Shown one piece after another: positions 51,575 through 64,000 of a DNA stretch of 64,000 bases (position 1 is the first letter of the stretch; each line of letters opens with the position of its first letter). Both the position numbers and the translations under genes were made by a program. The notes below the pieces were generated by a model that made no database searches, had not been told where the DNA came from, and saw only the letters and a list, made by a program, of their open reading frames with translations. Source of the DNA: Lama glama (taxonomy: Eukaryota); contig CM052816.1 of the NCBI GenBank assembly GCA_028534125.1, positions 66,032,001-66,096,000 on the forward strand, written 5' to 3'.

Positions 51575-51800
51575 TTTGGTAAGATCTCAAAGCTTTGGAG
51601 GCAGGCAGGCAGACCTGAAAATTGAATCGTGGTTTTGTTCCTTACTAGCCAAGTTACGTTAGAGAGATGACAAACTTTTTTAGCTTCAGTTTCCTTAGCA
51701 TAAGATGAGCATTTGGATATCTATTTTGAAAGGTCAATGTAAGAGTTCGAAAGAACATGTGTAAAACAGCTAGCTAATAAATAACACACACTATACCTTT
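51575..51800 (+). mobile_element. MIR SINE
   Basis: ggtaaga...gctttggaggcaggcaggcagacctg...cttactagc...gcttcagtttcc. Confidence 0.65.
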
Positions 51801-54292
51801 TGTTATTGGTATTATTATTGGAGACTTAGGTTAAACTTGATCGGTTACCTACTTGGCTAAAATCCTTTTTTTTTTTAACCATTCAGTTGTAAGTTATGCT
51901 TGACATTTTAAGTTTCATGGATTTTTATAATACAGTTGTTAAGAACTGTCTTTGGTGCACATTTCCATATTATAAAAAATATTTAAATACTATTTATCGT
52001 TTTTTACTATAATATAGACATAAACATTTTGAAGTTCTAATAAGAAGCTCAATCTTTTCTTAAATTTCAGTTACAGTATTCCAAACAGAAGAGCTAAGTA
52101 CTTTTTCTGTTTTAGTCTAAAACTGAAAACACAGCACTTAACTAATTTTTAGAAAATATTTAACATAACATAGGATTGGTAGGTACATGTCCATCCTTTT
52201 GTACAGATTTCACAAAGCTAAAATGATTTTGTAGACTGTTTTTAATGCAGCTTGGTCTCACGTGCTCTTGGTTACCTTTCTCACGTAGAAAGCAAATTGA
52301 GGTTGTGAGGAGGGAAGGCCAGGAGTCTAAGCCTCAGGACTCCCAAGGGTCATAGCGTGGAACCCTGTAACTTTATCCTCTTATGACCCTAACAATGCAC
52401 ATTTTACCAGACCGTCAGTGTAAGTGCAATGCTGTTTGAAAGAGAAACAAAATCATTGAATTTACCCCCAAAGTATACCATTCTAAAAATGCTCTGTTTC
52501 TCCTTTCTGAATATGGGGCAGTTCTGACACCTGGCGTTGTTGGAGCCTTCCGTTCTCCAAGCTGAAAGTCTGTCTAGAAGTTAGGATTCAAGCGCTCTTC
52601 TAAGAGACTTGAATGTTTTTCTTTAGTTCATTCCAGACATACATAGACCTGCTCTGCAAGTGTGGATGTGACTTCTCTATGGAATTTTGTTGTTGGTTTG
52701 GTTTTTAACAAACACCTCCATCATGTTCTGTTGCCTGTAAATTAAAGTGCTTTTCTGGGATGCTTTTTCTTCGCGTTTTGGTATTTGCTCCCTCTGCTGC
52801 TTTTTAGTAGTCAGTGCATATGTAGCATGCGCTGGAGCTTTCTGTGACTGCTGATACATTTTCTTCTAAGCAAGCGTGGTGCTGGAGGAATATAGAATGT
52901 TCAGAAGAGGAGGCTACATCTTAAGATTTTGCAGCATTTCACAAGTACGAGATAGCTCAGAACAGAAGTGAGTGTTTAATTTTGCTGAGAAGGAAGCTGA
53001 AATTGTTGGAGAAGGCATTTTAATTTTATGAAGAGCAAATCGCAAATAGCAGTCATTTTCTTTAAAATAGTAAAACTTATTGTCGTAAGAGAATTATTAA
53101 AAGTTTTATCAGCGTACCTAAAGGAAAACTCTAAACTGTAGAAGAAAGTATCTTTTGATACTATAGAAACTCAGCTTATCGATGTTGAGTTTGCTATCTG
53201 GTTTTTCATCTACTGTATAAAAGTAGATTTGGTGAAGATTTATGTAGGATTTATATACAGGGCCTTAAAGTTACTATGAAGGGTTGGGAATGCTTGTTTT
53301 TATGATCGGTGTTAGAAAAAAAATACCTTCTTTGCCCTTATTGTAAGTAATAACAGAAACAGGGGTGCACTTTTAACAGATATTTTTATGTTCATAGAAT
53401 AGTAAAGCTCTTGACTTTAATTTGATAAGATAGTAAGGAGTAAGACAAATCTTAATTTATCCCTGTTGTTATCAGCTCTGCTCCTTATCAGTGTTTAGTG
53501 GCAGTAAACGTAAACGTTCTTAACAGTTAATTATCAAAAACTTCTAATTTCAGTGATTCAGTAAGTTAGGAAAATTACGTGAAACTGCCATCGGTGATTG
53601 CACTTTGAATTAATTACAGGATAGTGGTAACTTTTGTCTCAGTGTTATAAAGTATGCCCTTTGGTTTCTTTGTTTTTAATTTAAAAACAAAAGGCTTGGT
53701 CAAGATAAAATAGTACTTTTCCCAATGTATGAATAGATTAAGCACATTTTTCCCCAAATAGCAAGGATGATAAATAATGATTTTGTTCAATTTGAGAAGA
53801 TTCCTATGATAGTTAGAGATTGTAGCTGTTTCTTCATAATTATGGCAGAGATGGAATGCTGATCATGTCATGATTTTCAGTTGATCCAGAAAATTTGATT
53901 TTCTCTTTTGGAAAGAGACCAGTCCTTTAAAGCTGTGAATAGCTGGGGTTTGTTTTGCGACAGCACAGCTCTGCCAGGGGACAGTGCTACATGTACCTGG
54001 CTACTTGCGATGGTTTAATTGGCACTAGTAATCTGAGATCTTTCTAAGAAACAGAGAGATGAGTAGCCCTTTATTTTGATAGTCACATTAGTTTTAAAAG
54101 ACGTTTTAAGAAGTCGTTCACTTTCATTCACTCTAACAGGGATTGGGATAGGTAGGGAGTGGTGAGCCACCTTAAACAGCAAACAATGTGGCTTTTGTTC
54201 ATTGGGAAATTAGTTCAGTTGGATTACCAATGTCAGTGATAACAACTTTATTATCCTTTGCACTTAAGGAATGCTTTATCTTCTTCTAAGAC

Positions 54293-54398
54293 TTTTTTTT
54301 ATTTAATTGAAGTACCATCAATTACAGTGTGTCAGTTTCTCCTGTACGGCCCAATGTCCCAGTCATGCATATACATATATATATTCCTTTTCATAGAA
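54293..54398 (-). mobile_element. Short young L1 3' end with a TSD
   Basis: TSD AATGCTTTATCTT at 54270-54282 and 54399-54411. Body attgaagtaccatcaattacagtgtgtc...gtcccagtcatgc. Confidence 0.82.
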
Positions 54399-54554
54399 AA
54401 TGCTTTATCTTTTGTTATCATCAATTAGTATTCTGGGCTTTTTGTTATTGTTTTGCAGTAGTGTGTGTGTGATGAGGATGAAGGGTACTTTTTCTCCTGA
54501 AATGCTTAGGGTGGCCCCGTAGAGTAGAAAGAACAAAGATATTTTTTATCGGGC

Positions 54555-54760
54555 AGAGTTGGTTTCAAATTCTAGCCCTGCTGCTTCCTACCTGATATTG
54601 TGGGCAACATACCTGACTTCTCTGACCCTCAATTCTTCACTTCTAAATGGAGATAATAAAAGGGGAAGATAAAATTGAAAGGTTGTTAAGAGCATTAGAT
54701 TTAATGTATAGAAAGCTCAATTTGGTATGTATCATGTACTGGGTGCTCAATAAATTACCT
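54555..54760 (+). mobile_element. MIR SINE
   Basis: tttcaaattctagccctgc...gggcaa...cttctctga...aaatggagataataa...gtgctcaataaa. Confidence 0.75.
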
Positions 54761-56074
54761 GTAGTTTATCCTATCCCTGGAATATATTGAAAAGAAAGAT
54801 TAAGAAAAACCATGTGTCATATATTCCTTGCAATGTAAGAACATAATATTTCTTGGAAGAAAGATGTCATCTCTCTATCCTGTAATAAAAAACAGTCTAC
54901 GTTAGTGTTGCTCACACTTCCTGTGTACATGGATAATTACTGTAGATTAAATGTTTTTATTTGAAGCATTAATATTTGAAGGTAAATGTCCACCTGAATG
55001 CCTCATCTTGAACGAGGAATTACATGAAATCATGGATTTGATGTTCTAGTTATATTTTTTCTGATATCCATTGAAATTAACTTGTAACAAAATGAACATA
55101 TTCACACACACCACCTGAAAACATTTTGCTTACCATGCACAGACACAGGGCAGGCTTTTGTTTATACTCGTCTAAATTGTCAGTAAGAACCATTTGGGGA
55201 TTCATTTTTGGTTAGAAAGACATGTTTGTTTTAAACAACCTATGGTTTTTCTTCTCTGCCGTTAATGGGATCTCCACACTAGGGGAGAAAATACAAATTC
55301 GTCAGAAGTCTCCCTTTCATTAGGCATTCACTTCTCAGTCAGACTGGTCTGTGGGTTTAGAGCGTTCTCCGGTAGCCAGACGACCTGGGTCAGATTCACT
55401 TTCTGCCTTTAAACTGAATTTAAATTGGACAGCTTTCCTTCTTTGTTTCAGTTTCCTCATCTGTTAAATAGTTGCTGTGGTGATTTGATGAATGGGAAGA
55501 TGGGGATTGTCTAGACAGACAGGAGCGTAGCAGGTGCTCAGTAACGTTCAGTCCTTTACACCCATCTATAAAGGAATATCTTCTTTCTTTTCTTATTTTG
55601 TGGTGTGAGAGTTGCCATCCTGTTACCTGTGTTTCCTGTGAGCTTTTAAGAGAATGGCGGCTTAATGATGTTGATACAGACCAGAAAGGACTAGTGGAAT
55701 GTTTCATTTGCTCTTCTCCCCATCCGTGACTCTTCATGGAGTTTACCTTTTGTTTCTTTGTGTAATTTGATAGTATAGCCTATCCAATTGGCTTGAGATT
55801 TTATCAGAATATGTAAAACTCTCCAAGCTGTTTTGAACAGAAATCCCTAAAGCAGTGGAGGGTACTACAGCCAGCTTTTTTCATAAATGAATGTACCCTA
55901 TTTTTCCTCTGAATGAGACTGAAAGTAACCCAGCCAGGCACAGAATCTCTTATTAATACTTAATGTAACGAAAAGTGCATTCAAGACATAGCCACCCAGT
56001 GCACGTCTCAACAACTTAACCATCTAGTATCTGCACAAACATTTCCTCCTCTGTCAGCTGAAGCAATGATAGCC

Positions 56075-56805
56075 CAGTAGCTCTGAACACATCTGGCACC
56101 CTTATCTTGGTTTCTAATACCATTCTCCAATAAAAGGAACCAGAGCTCCTTAGCTAAATAGCTGATTCAAGCACTGGGGCAGGACATGAAGGCTGAAATA
56201 TGTTGTAGAGCCAGAAAATAAGGAAATGCTCAGACATTGATAGGAACATATCCAAGGGACACACGAGCAAACTCAAAGGGCTCCCAGTTCCCAGCTGGAA
56301 CTATTTGGTCAAGAAAATAAACTAGTAATGGAATATAACCCAAGGTATAAAATAAATATCCATGAATTCATACTTATATAAATAATTTAATGATTAAATT
56401 AAATGGAGGAGAATGTATAAATCTCTCATGCAGATGAATTCCAAATAAGTTTTGTAGATATTCTGCTCTCAAAAAAAGAAGGCATAACTCCACACCCCTT
56501 AAGTGTGGGCTGTGCATACTGACTTCCTTCCAAAAAGCATAATGTGAAAAGGAGGGGAAGGAGCACCTATACTGTGGACAGAAGAGAACACTAGGGGAAA
56601 ACCAGGCAATCTGATTAAAGTGTGGACTTTAGTTAGTAATAATGTATCCATACTGGTTCAATAATTGGGACAAATGTGCCCTATGAAAGGAAGATATTAA
56701 TAAGAGGGGAAACTGGGTATGGGGCATATGGGAACTCTCTGTACCTATCTTCACAATTGTTCTATAAAACTAAAACTTTTCTAAAATAGAAAGTCTATTA
56801 AACAA
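56075..56805 (+). mobile_element. L1MD/L1MC-class 3' UTR fragment
   Basis: ataccattctccaataaaaggaaccagagctcctt...gtgtgggctgtgcata...gggaaactgggt...ggaactctctgtac...tctaaaat. Confidence 0.8.
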
Positions 56806-59114
56806 ATCTTAACCATCCTTTAGAGTCTATCTGGAATGCTACCTCCTCTGTGAAGCCTTTTCTGTCCTGTCTCCTCCCATATCTCCTATCCCACGGGTGC
56901 AGTGTTTTTCTCCTTTGACCTTCCCCAGGACTTTCATTGTAGTTCTCTTAACTCTTCATACCGTATTTGTTTCTTTGATTTATCCCTTTCATGTTGTACA
57001 TTAGGTCGTTAGTCTTACTCATTTTCCAGCCCCACCACGTGGTACACAAGGCCTTGTTGAGTAGGGGCCCGGTAAACACTGGATAAATTGTATGAGAGGT
57101 ATTGTGATGGTGATTCTTGAAGTGCACCAATAAATGGTTCTGGTCTCAGTGCTGTAAGAATCATTACTGATCAATCTCAGGGACTAGGGTTAATTTTACG
57201 CTTCTAAGCCATAAAGGCCTAGAAGATAAAAACTCTTTCTTGATGGTTAATAGTTTCAGTGTTACTGTTTGTCAGACCCTTCACAAGGGGGAGTTACTGA
57301 GCATTTGGTCAAAGAATTGAAGAAATTTATCCTAATTTTTCTGTTTTAATTATCACTTGAGTGTAATTAGTATAAATTAATAAAATGAAAGTATACTCTG
57401 GTCCTGCCTACTAGCGCTTTGGTAGTTTTGGTAGTATTTCACATGATCGGTATTTCAAAGCATCATTATTAGTGTTGGCCATTATTCATCTCAGACCCGA
57501 GCCTTATGAGTTAGAACTAAAAGAGGCAGAAATGATCACTCATCTGACTCATCTAATCTGAGTTGGAAAAAAGAGTCCCCAAGCTTTTCCAGGTCCACCG
57601 AGGTAGTTAGAAAGCTCGTGGCTTCTCAGGTAGTTCACTTTCTAGAGGGTCTCTCTGCATCATTTGGGGTTTTGTATGTAACCTTTATCTCAACATGTTT
57701 ACAGAAATTGCTGGAGATGCAGCTTTTTTCTCCATTTGAATGTGTTAATGAAATACAAGCCATGTTTCTGGTAAACATACAGATTCAGTAACTGTTCAAG
57801 TACATAACCAGTGAGTTCTTTACCCAGCTACTAGAAGGATGGATGAGATCTCCTACATGGCTTCTGGCCAAACCCAGTGAGTGTCAGCATATCGTTTTAT
57901 AGTTGGTCACATAAATTAGTACCTTATATATGGTGTTGATTAATGTAAGTGCCATTTTTCACCTTGGATTGGTAGACTTAGAGTCTGTACATGACAGTTG
58001 ATATCTTGCAAGAAAGTGGTTTTTCTGTTATTGACAAGTATCCTGATACATTTCCCACTTAAAAATCTCAGTCCTGCTTGTAGACACTCATCAGATGTTT
58101 TAACATAGTTTATGCTGAGTTTAGCTTCATCTCATTTAAATTAGAAGTTTAGATTATGCAGACAAAAACCATCCAGGCCATACTGATGACCTGAAACTAG
58201 TCTCTCTCCTCTGTACCAAGTTCAGCAATAATATTCTTATTATAGTCTGTTCCAACTAAAATGACATATCTGAGTACACTCCCTCTAGACTGGGCAGAAA
58301 GGATGTGCTTGTTGGCTTTTATCTGTTAGGGAGCATGCTGTGCAGTTTTACCCAGGTTGTGCTTGCTTTCCCGGCAGCATCTCTGGTCTGCTGCACTGTA
58401 ATCCCTATTGTGGCAGCCTCTGGCATTTATTACTGGCAAGCAGTGTGCTTGCAGACATAGGCACCATAATAGGAAACACCCTGGCCTGTCATAAACAGGC
58501 CTGGAGAGTGGAAGGCACAGGCCAGACAGGGATGTGTCCATAGCAACCAGGCAAAGATGAGGCTGACATCGAAGAGTAAGTCCAGGCTGGTATCCGTCTC
58601 CATCATTTCAGAAAATAACTGGCTGGTTTTAGGGCTGCTTTCCATCGTTGGCATAGCAGTCTTTTGGTTGCTTTGTTTTTGTTTTTGACCTAAATATGAA
58701 TCAAGACATCTTAAATAAACTTGGAGAAGATATATCAAAGTGTCTTCCTTTTGCTAATCTCCTTTTAATTCTCCCTGATCATTCTAGTCCAAACCCATTA
58801 GGGAGAAGGAATTGCTGTTTCATTATAGTGGAAAATTATTTTTGAAAAAAAAGTCATACTAAAATCAAAGAATTATAAATTATACTGAACTGTACAGAAT
58901 TACAAAGAAAAGAACATTTCTTAGTAAGGTGACTTTCCATTGTTACATCAAGTTCAGGTTTTAGAATAGGAGTACATTCTTTGACCATGAAAGGTTGGTT
59001 ATTGTATTTGCTAGATTTTTTTTCAAAGTTTCGGAAAAATAATGAACTACTACTTTAACATTGGTGGGCTTTGTCACAAGAACTTAGGAAGAAGATAATT
59101 TCAGATTTTGAAGG

Positions 59115-59325
59115 TAAACAACAAGGTCCTTTGATATAGCACAAGGAACTATATTCAGTATCTTCTAATAACTTATAATGACAAAGAATGTGTGTGTATA
59201 CGTGTGTTTGTGTGTGTATACACACACACACACATATATGTAAAACTGAATCACTATGTTGTACCCCAGAAGCTGACACAATATTGTAAATCAACTGTAG
59301 TTCAATAAAAAAAAAGAAAGAAAAA
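59115..59325 (+). mobile_element. Young L1 3' end
   Basis: taaacaacaaggtcc...tatagcacaaggaactatattcagtatct...ctgaatcactatg...ttcaataaaaaaaaag. Confidence 0.87.
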
Positions 59326-62300
59326 TTTGGAAGGGCTTTAACAGATTTTTATAAAGAGAACTGCTTTCATGAGTGCTTTAAGTATATATAGGTGTCATTT
59401 CATTGTGCAAAGAACCCTTATTTCACAAAAGAAGTTAAAGACTGCAAAGGATGAAAAAAGCTGTAATTTTGTTGACAGTATACAAAAATTAAGATAGATT
59501 TAGAAGAAAGTCTTGAACCTTTTTTTTTTCAGAGCTTTGCTCAAAGCCTTTAATAAATTAGGTGTCCAGTGGATATTTGCTGACTTGCCCCTACTCTTTT
59601 TTAAGTAAGCACCAAACCACTTGTACTTTTTTAAATTTTGAATATTTCAAGTCACTTCCAGTAATACCCTCGGATAAGAGTGAAGCTAATTAATGTTCTC
59701 TTTGACAATAAACATTTTGATTTTCTGTTCTTTGTTTTCTTAACTTTATTTTCTCAGTATGATCTCTTAGAGCTAGCTGTGTAAGGGTAAGCGATGGGTT
59801 TCAAGAAATTGTAGGAATTTTTTACTAGATATATTCTTATTTCTTTAATTTGCATCAGGAAAGATTGGCTTACTTTCTCCTGGAAGATACTGTTTGGGCC
59901 TACATCTTAATTTTTCTAGATGGTGTTAAAGAGCAGTAAAATGACAAAGGGGACATCACAGGAGAGCCAGAAGAGAGCTGCATCATTACAGATTTAATCT
60001 TCAGTCCCTATATGAGAGGAATTTGTTCTCTCCAAGTAGGATTCAGTGGAAAAATTACTTGTTGCCCCTTAGCCATATTTTCAAACATTTTAGTATTATT
60101 CATTTGACACTTATGAGCAATGTTGGACTGCACAGGTCAGGAAACACCAAGATGTGCCTCCCTTTCTAAGATATGATTCTGATGTGTATTCTTACTGTAA
60201 ACCTTCCATTTCTAACTTAGTCCCAGAAACAGGACACTACATGCCAAAACAATTTGTCCCATTTTTAAAGATGAAAAACTGAGGCTCAGTTAACCTCGTC
60301 TGAGATCCATATGCTTCTTGATAGATGTCTTGATAATTCTTTTTCTGAATGTAACATCTGCAGGAAGGGCTGGGAGATAGAAGGACAAGTGTTTGTTCTC
60401 AGGCTGCATTTTCAAAATATGTACTACTAATTTTATTTATTTAGTGAGCGCTAGGTTCTGAAATAGCAAGAGCTACTTTAGCAAACTATCATTCCTAGAA
60501 GAGAATCCTGTTGTGTAGTTAATCTGCCTTCCTTGTTCTTTGTTGTGTCAGGATGGGCGCAGAGAGGGCCTTCCTAGCTCTGGGCTCCTAGGAAGAGTAT
60601 GACGGTTGAGATAGCATGTTAGGCTGGAAGTCAGCCTAGTAGGCAGGTGGTGAACAGGGCCCAGATATAAACTGAAGGGTAATGGGGTCAGTGGATGAGA
60701 AGATCAAGAGACTAAAGCAGATCTGAGATTATGAGCTGGCAGGGGATTTGGAGGTGGGCAGTGGGTGAAATTGGATGGGATGGAGCTTGGTTAATAGTGG
60801 GGAGGGTGGCAGCAGATGAGAAGGTATAGAATAAACTCAGGGAAGATGTAAGAAGGGGTCAGGATTCTTTAAATGACCTATTACTGTGGGATTGCCTTGG
60901 AACTTTGTTTTCTTATTGGGGCAAAATGGGGAAGGAAGCTGGGCTCATAGACAAAGTGAAGAGTGAAGGAACGAAAGGTAGAAAAACATATCGGACAGTG
61001 AGAGAAGGAGGATGGGTGGCAGAAGGGCTCTGTGACTGAGCTGACACAGGATTAGAGATGCCCTCAGCTGGAGGCCGATGGACCGGTTCATGTTTCCACC
61101 TCAGGATTCATAATGATAAAATCCAACTGGAATAAACCAAGACTTTGGGATGGCCTTGAAGGACAGAAGAAATCCCAGAGGGATCAGCGTGAAGGTGTGA
61201 ACATTTAAGAGGGGACAGTCAGCCCGGAGATGAAGGAAGGGGTGAGGACCTACTGGAGAGGGCAGATTTGTAGGCCGAGGGTATTCATGAGGCATGGGTC
61301 CTTTTAGCGCCAGAGCTAGCATCACCTCCTTCACCTGTTGCCTCCTTGAGTCATGGCCCAGGAGTAGCACGGCTGGGTAGTCACCTCCCACTGTGGGGCC
61401 ATCCCCTGCAGAGCCTGTTGCGTGGAAGTGAGGACGTGCGACAGCAGCGTACATGCTGGAGCAGTGGGAGAGAGACTGTGTCAAAATAAGTTTAGGTTGA
61501 TTTACCATAGTCTCTGGTGAGTAATTCCTGGATGCCAAGAGGAAAATGGAACAGAACAACCAATGCCAACTGCGAACCTTTATCTTGGTTCTGCTTTAAG
61601 TCCCCTAAATTCCATTGAGCTGAGCAGTTCCTCCCCAGGATGTTAACGCACCCACGCTGGAGTTGTGAACTTAGCTAATTAAATTGCTTCGGCTTCTCTG
61701 AGCCTCTGGTTTCTCTGCACATCGGGACTAGCAACATTGCTCTCCCAGGACTGTTATGGGAATTTAAATGGAAACTCATGTCAAGTGCGTGATATGGGGC
61801 ACACCCGCAGTAGGTACTGTGGCCTGTCTTTAGTTGGGATGGGAACTATTTTTAAATGTAAGAGGTGAACTTTATATGCTGCCATATAGATAACCCAGTG
61901 CAATTGGAGCTTGAATCAACAGGCCTGGACAGTGAGTGAGCTCAGTGTGCCTTTGAAACCTCGATCCCCATCGTGGTGATTTATGGGCTCTTACCAGTTT
62001 GTATATGGGGCGGCCCCCTGAGGTTGTTTACTGTGGTTTTCGCTTGTTACCTAGCGCTCTTTGCAAACGTATTTTTATTTACACTCTCATTGACCACTTA
62101 ACCATGATAACTTTGAAAGAATATGTACAAAGGCAGCCCCAAAAGAAACGCTGATTTGAGCTGAAAGGTCTCATGTGGATCTTCGGTCCACATCGTCTAA
62201 ACATCAGCGCCTTACTTATACTGCGCTTTTACCTCACCCTGGACGATCCCGGAGGCCCCTCCAAATGAGTCTTCTGATTCTGTGAAGTATTGAGATTTTG

Positions 62301-63309
62301 ATTATTAACAAAAGTATCAAATATCAATCACTATCAAGTTACTACATGTCTCTTCTCGGGGAAAGAAGGAACACGAACCAGAAATAGAACCCTTTAATCA
62401 TTGCGCAGATTTAAATTGACAGTCAAGCTGAGAAACAGAAGAGTGGATGAAATGACCTTGAACGTAGTCCCAGCCCAGATGGGCTAGTTCCAGTCTTAGT
62501 CATGGGTCTGACACTAGCCGTAGCCAGAGGGAGAAGAAATTCCCCGGCAGTGTAGTTGTTGTAAGAGTTGAAAATGAGTCACTGAGTAGGTCCCTTTCCA
62601 TTTTCCACTTGCCGTTAGCCACTTTGCAGAGAAAACCGACTTTGGTATGCTTAATAAAAAAGTTTTTTTTTTCTTTTTTAATTCCAAAAAGTTTCTAGAG
62701 GTGAAGGAGATTTGTGAGATCAACCTGTTCACTCCTTTCATTACAGATGAAGAAAAAAGTCACAGGAAAGTTAAAGTGACATAGAACAAAACAGTCCTGT
62801 CTTACTTTTGTCAAGGCTTTTATCTTGTGGCGAATAAAATTTGGGGTTGCTAGACAACACCCTGATTTCAGTCATTATTGATGCTCTCACTTTGGAATGA
62901 AAATTTTGCTTTGGTTTGTCTTTGTTATTAGTGTCTGATTCCTGACCATTCTCTAGGCCAGATACCATTTTCATATGAGAAATAAATCAGGAGGTTTTTT
63001 TTTTTTCTTTAGTTGTTGTTTTGCACCTTTTGGCTTCAGATAACCTCAGTCCAATAGTCAGGCTTTCACTAAGGAATTTTTGTTTTTGCCTGGTTAGTGT
63101 AGGGTGTATATTTGCTCCAAAGGCTTTCATATACTAAATGACACTTTTATATATGTACGTTTGTGTTCAAATACATAAAATGATAGAAAGATGGATAGAT
63201 ACACACATACGTACATACAAAAGCTTATAGACACGCATTGAAGACATTATTAGCTAGCCATATACGTAAGCCCTTCGGATGGCAATGAATGAGAGAGAAA
63301 TTCATGGGA

Positions 63310-64000
63310 TTCTGGTCCTGTGGAGGAGTTCAGAGTGTGTTCAACACTAAGGACCGGAATGATTGAGAAGCATCACAGAAAAAGTGCTACTTAGGCTGGA
63401 TCTTGAACATAGCAGGTTCATCTAGGTTGCTAATGAGGAGAAAGATGATATACTCCAGGGGCCGGATCAGGCAGAGAAGGCTGGGACACTTCTGTGGGTT
63501 TACCTTGGTGTTTGTGGGAGCGGGTGAAGAGTGAGTGTTTGGGATGAGTGGGCCTGCCTGGAACAGAAAATCTGATTACAGGAACAGAGGCAGGTGTGAG
63601 GAGTGTGATGGGGGCCCCACTGTGGAGTGCCTTCCATGTCAGACGAAGCCATTTGCATATTACCCTGTAAGTCCTGAAGAGCCCTGGCATTTTATTATAA
63701 GGAAAATATTACAAGGAACATAACACAATGATTTTAGAAAGATAAATCTGCTGGTGGTATGCAGGCTGGCTCATACTGAGGGGAAATAGCAAAAGCAGAA
63801 AGAATCCATCAGGGAATTAGGCATATAAGTGATGAGGGGCTGAAACAGGGTGGGAAGGAAAAGAAAGGAATGGTTAGGAGGAAGATCACGGGAAAGGTGA
63901 CAGGATATATGACTTCAGGGGCAGGTACTGCAGCCAGAGGAAAGTATGAAATTCTGAACCTGAGTAATAATAGAAAGAATGATAGCTGGAAAATCAGGAG
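63310..64000 (-). mobile_element. L2 LINE fragment (purine-rich strand shown)
   Basis: ggagttcagagt...gctggatcttgaa...ttttagaaagataaatctg...gatgagggg...ctgagtaa. Confidence 0.6.

Noticed and set aside
61101..61559. 152-aa minus-strand ORF
   Set aside because: No recognisable protein, and it lies in purine-skewed, probably L2-derived sequence.

Overview
Mammalian genomic DNA, very probably from a camelid: it carries tRNA-Ala-derived Vic-1-type SINEs and artiodactyl-type young L1 3' ends, and I saw no Bov-tA or PRE1 SINEs. The window lies inside the cAMP phosphodiesterase gene PDE4D on the + strand and is almost entirely intronic. The only host coding sequence sits in a CpG island at about 47.35-48.55 kb. 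The island holds the internal short-form promoter, the PDE4D1-specific N-terminus (ATG 48229), an 86-nt GT-AG intron whose removal gives PDE4D2, and the shared 113-nt UCR2 exon (48365-48477). When the 86-nt intron is spliced, the PDE4D1 ATG opens a 48-codon uORF that stops one base before the PDE4D2 ATG (TGAgATG). The introns contain a decayed UBE2V2 (MMS2) processed pseudogene nested in a MIR next to a hAT element. They also contain an exact 140-bp local duplication inside an L1 microsatellite, many old and young transposons (L1, HAL1, L2, MIR, MER2, MER102-like, MaLR), small tandem duplications, candidate enhancers and a 500-N gap. I found no new multi-gene system; the most interesting signals are post-transcriptional logic at PDE4D1/2 and local genome-evolution events. 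Family names and homologies are recognised from memory, not from database searches.
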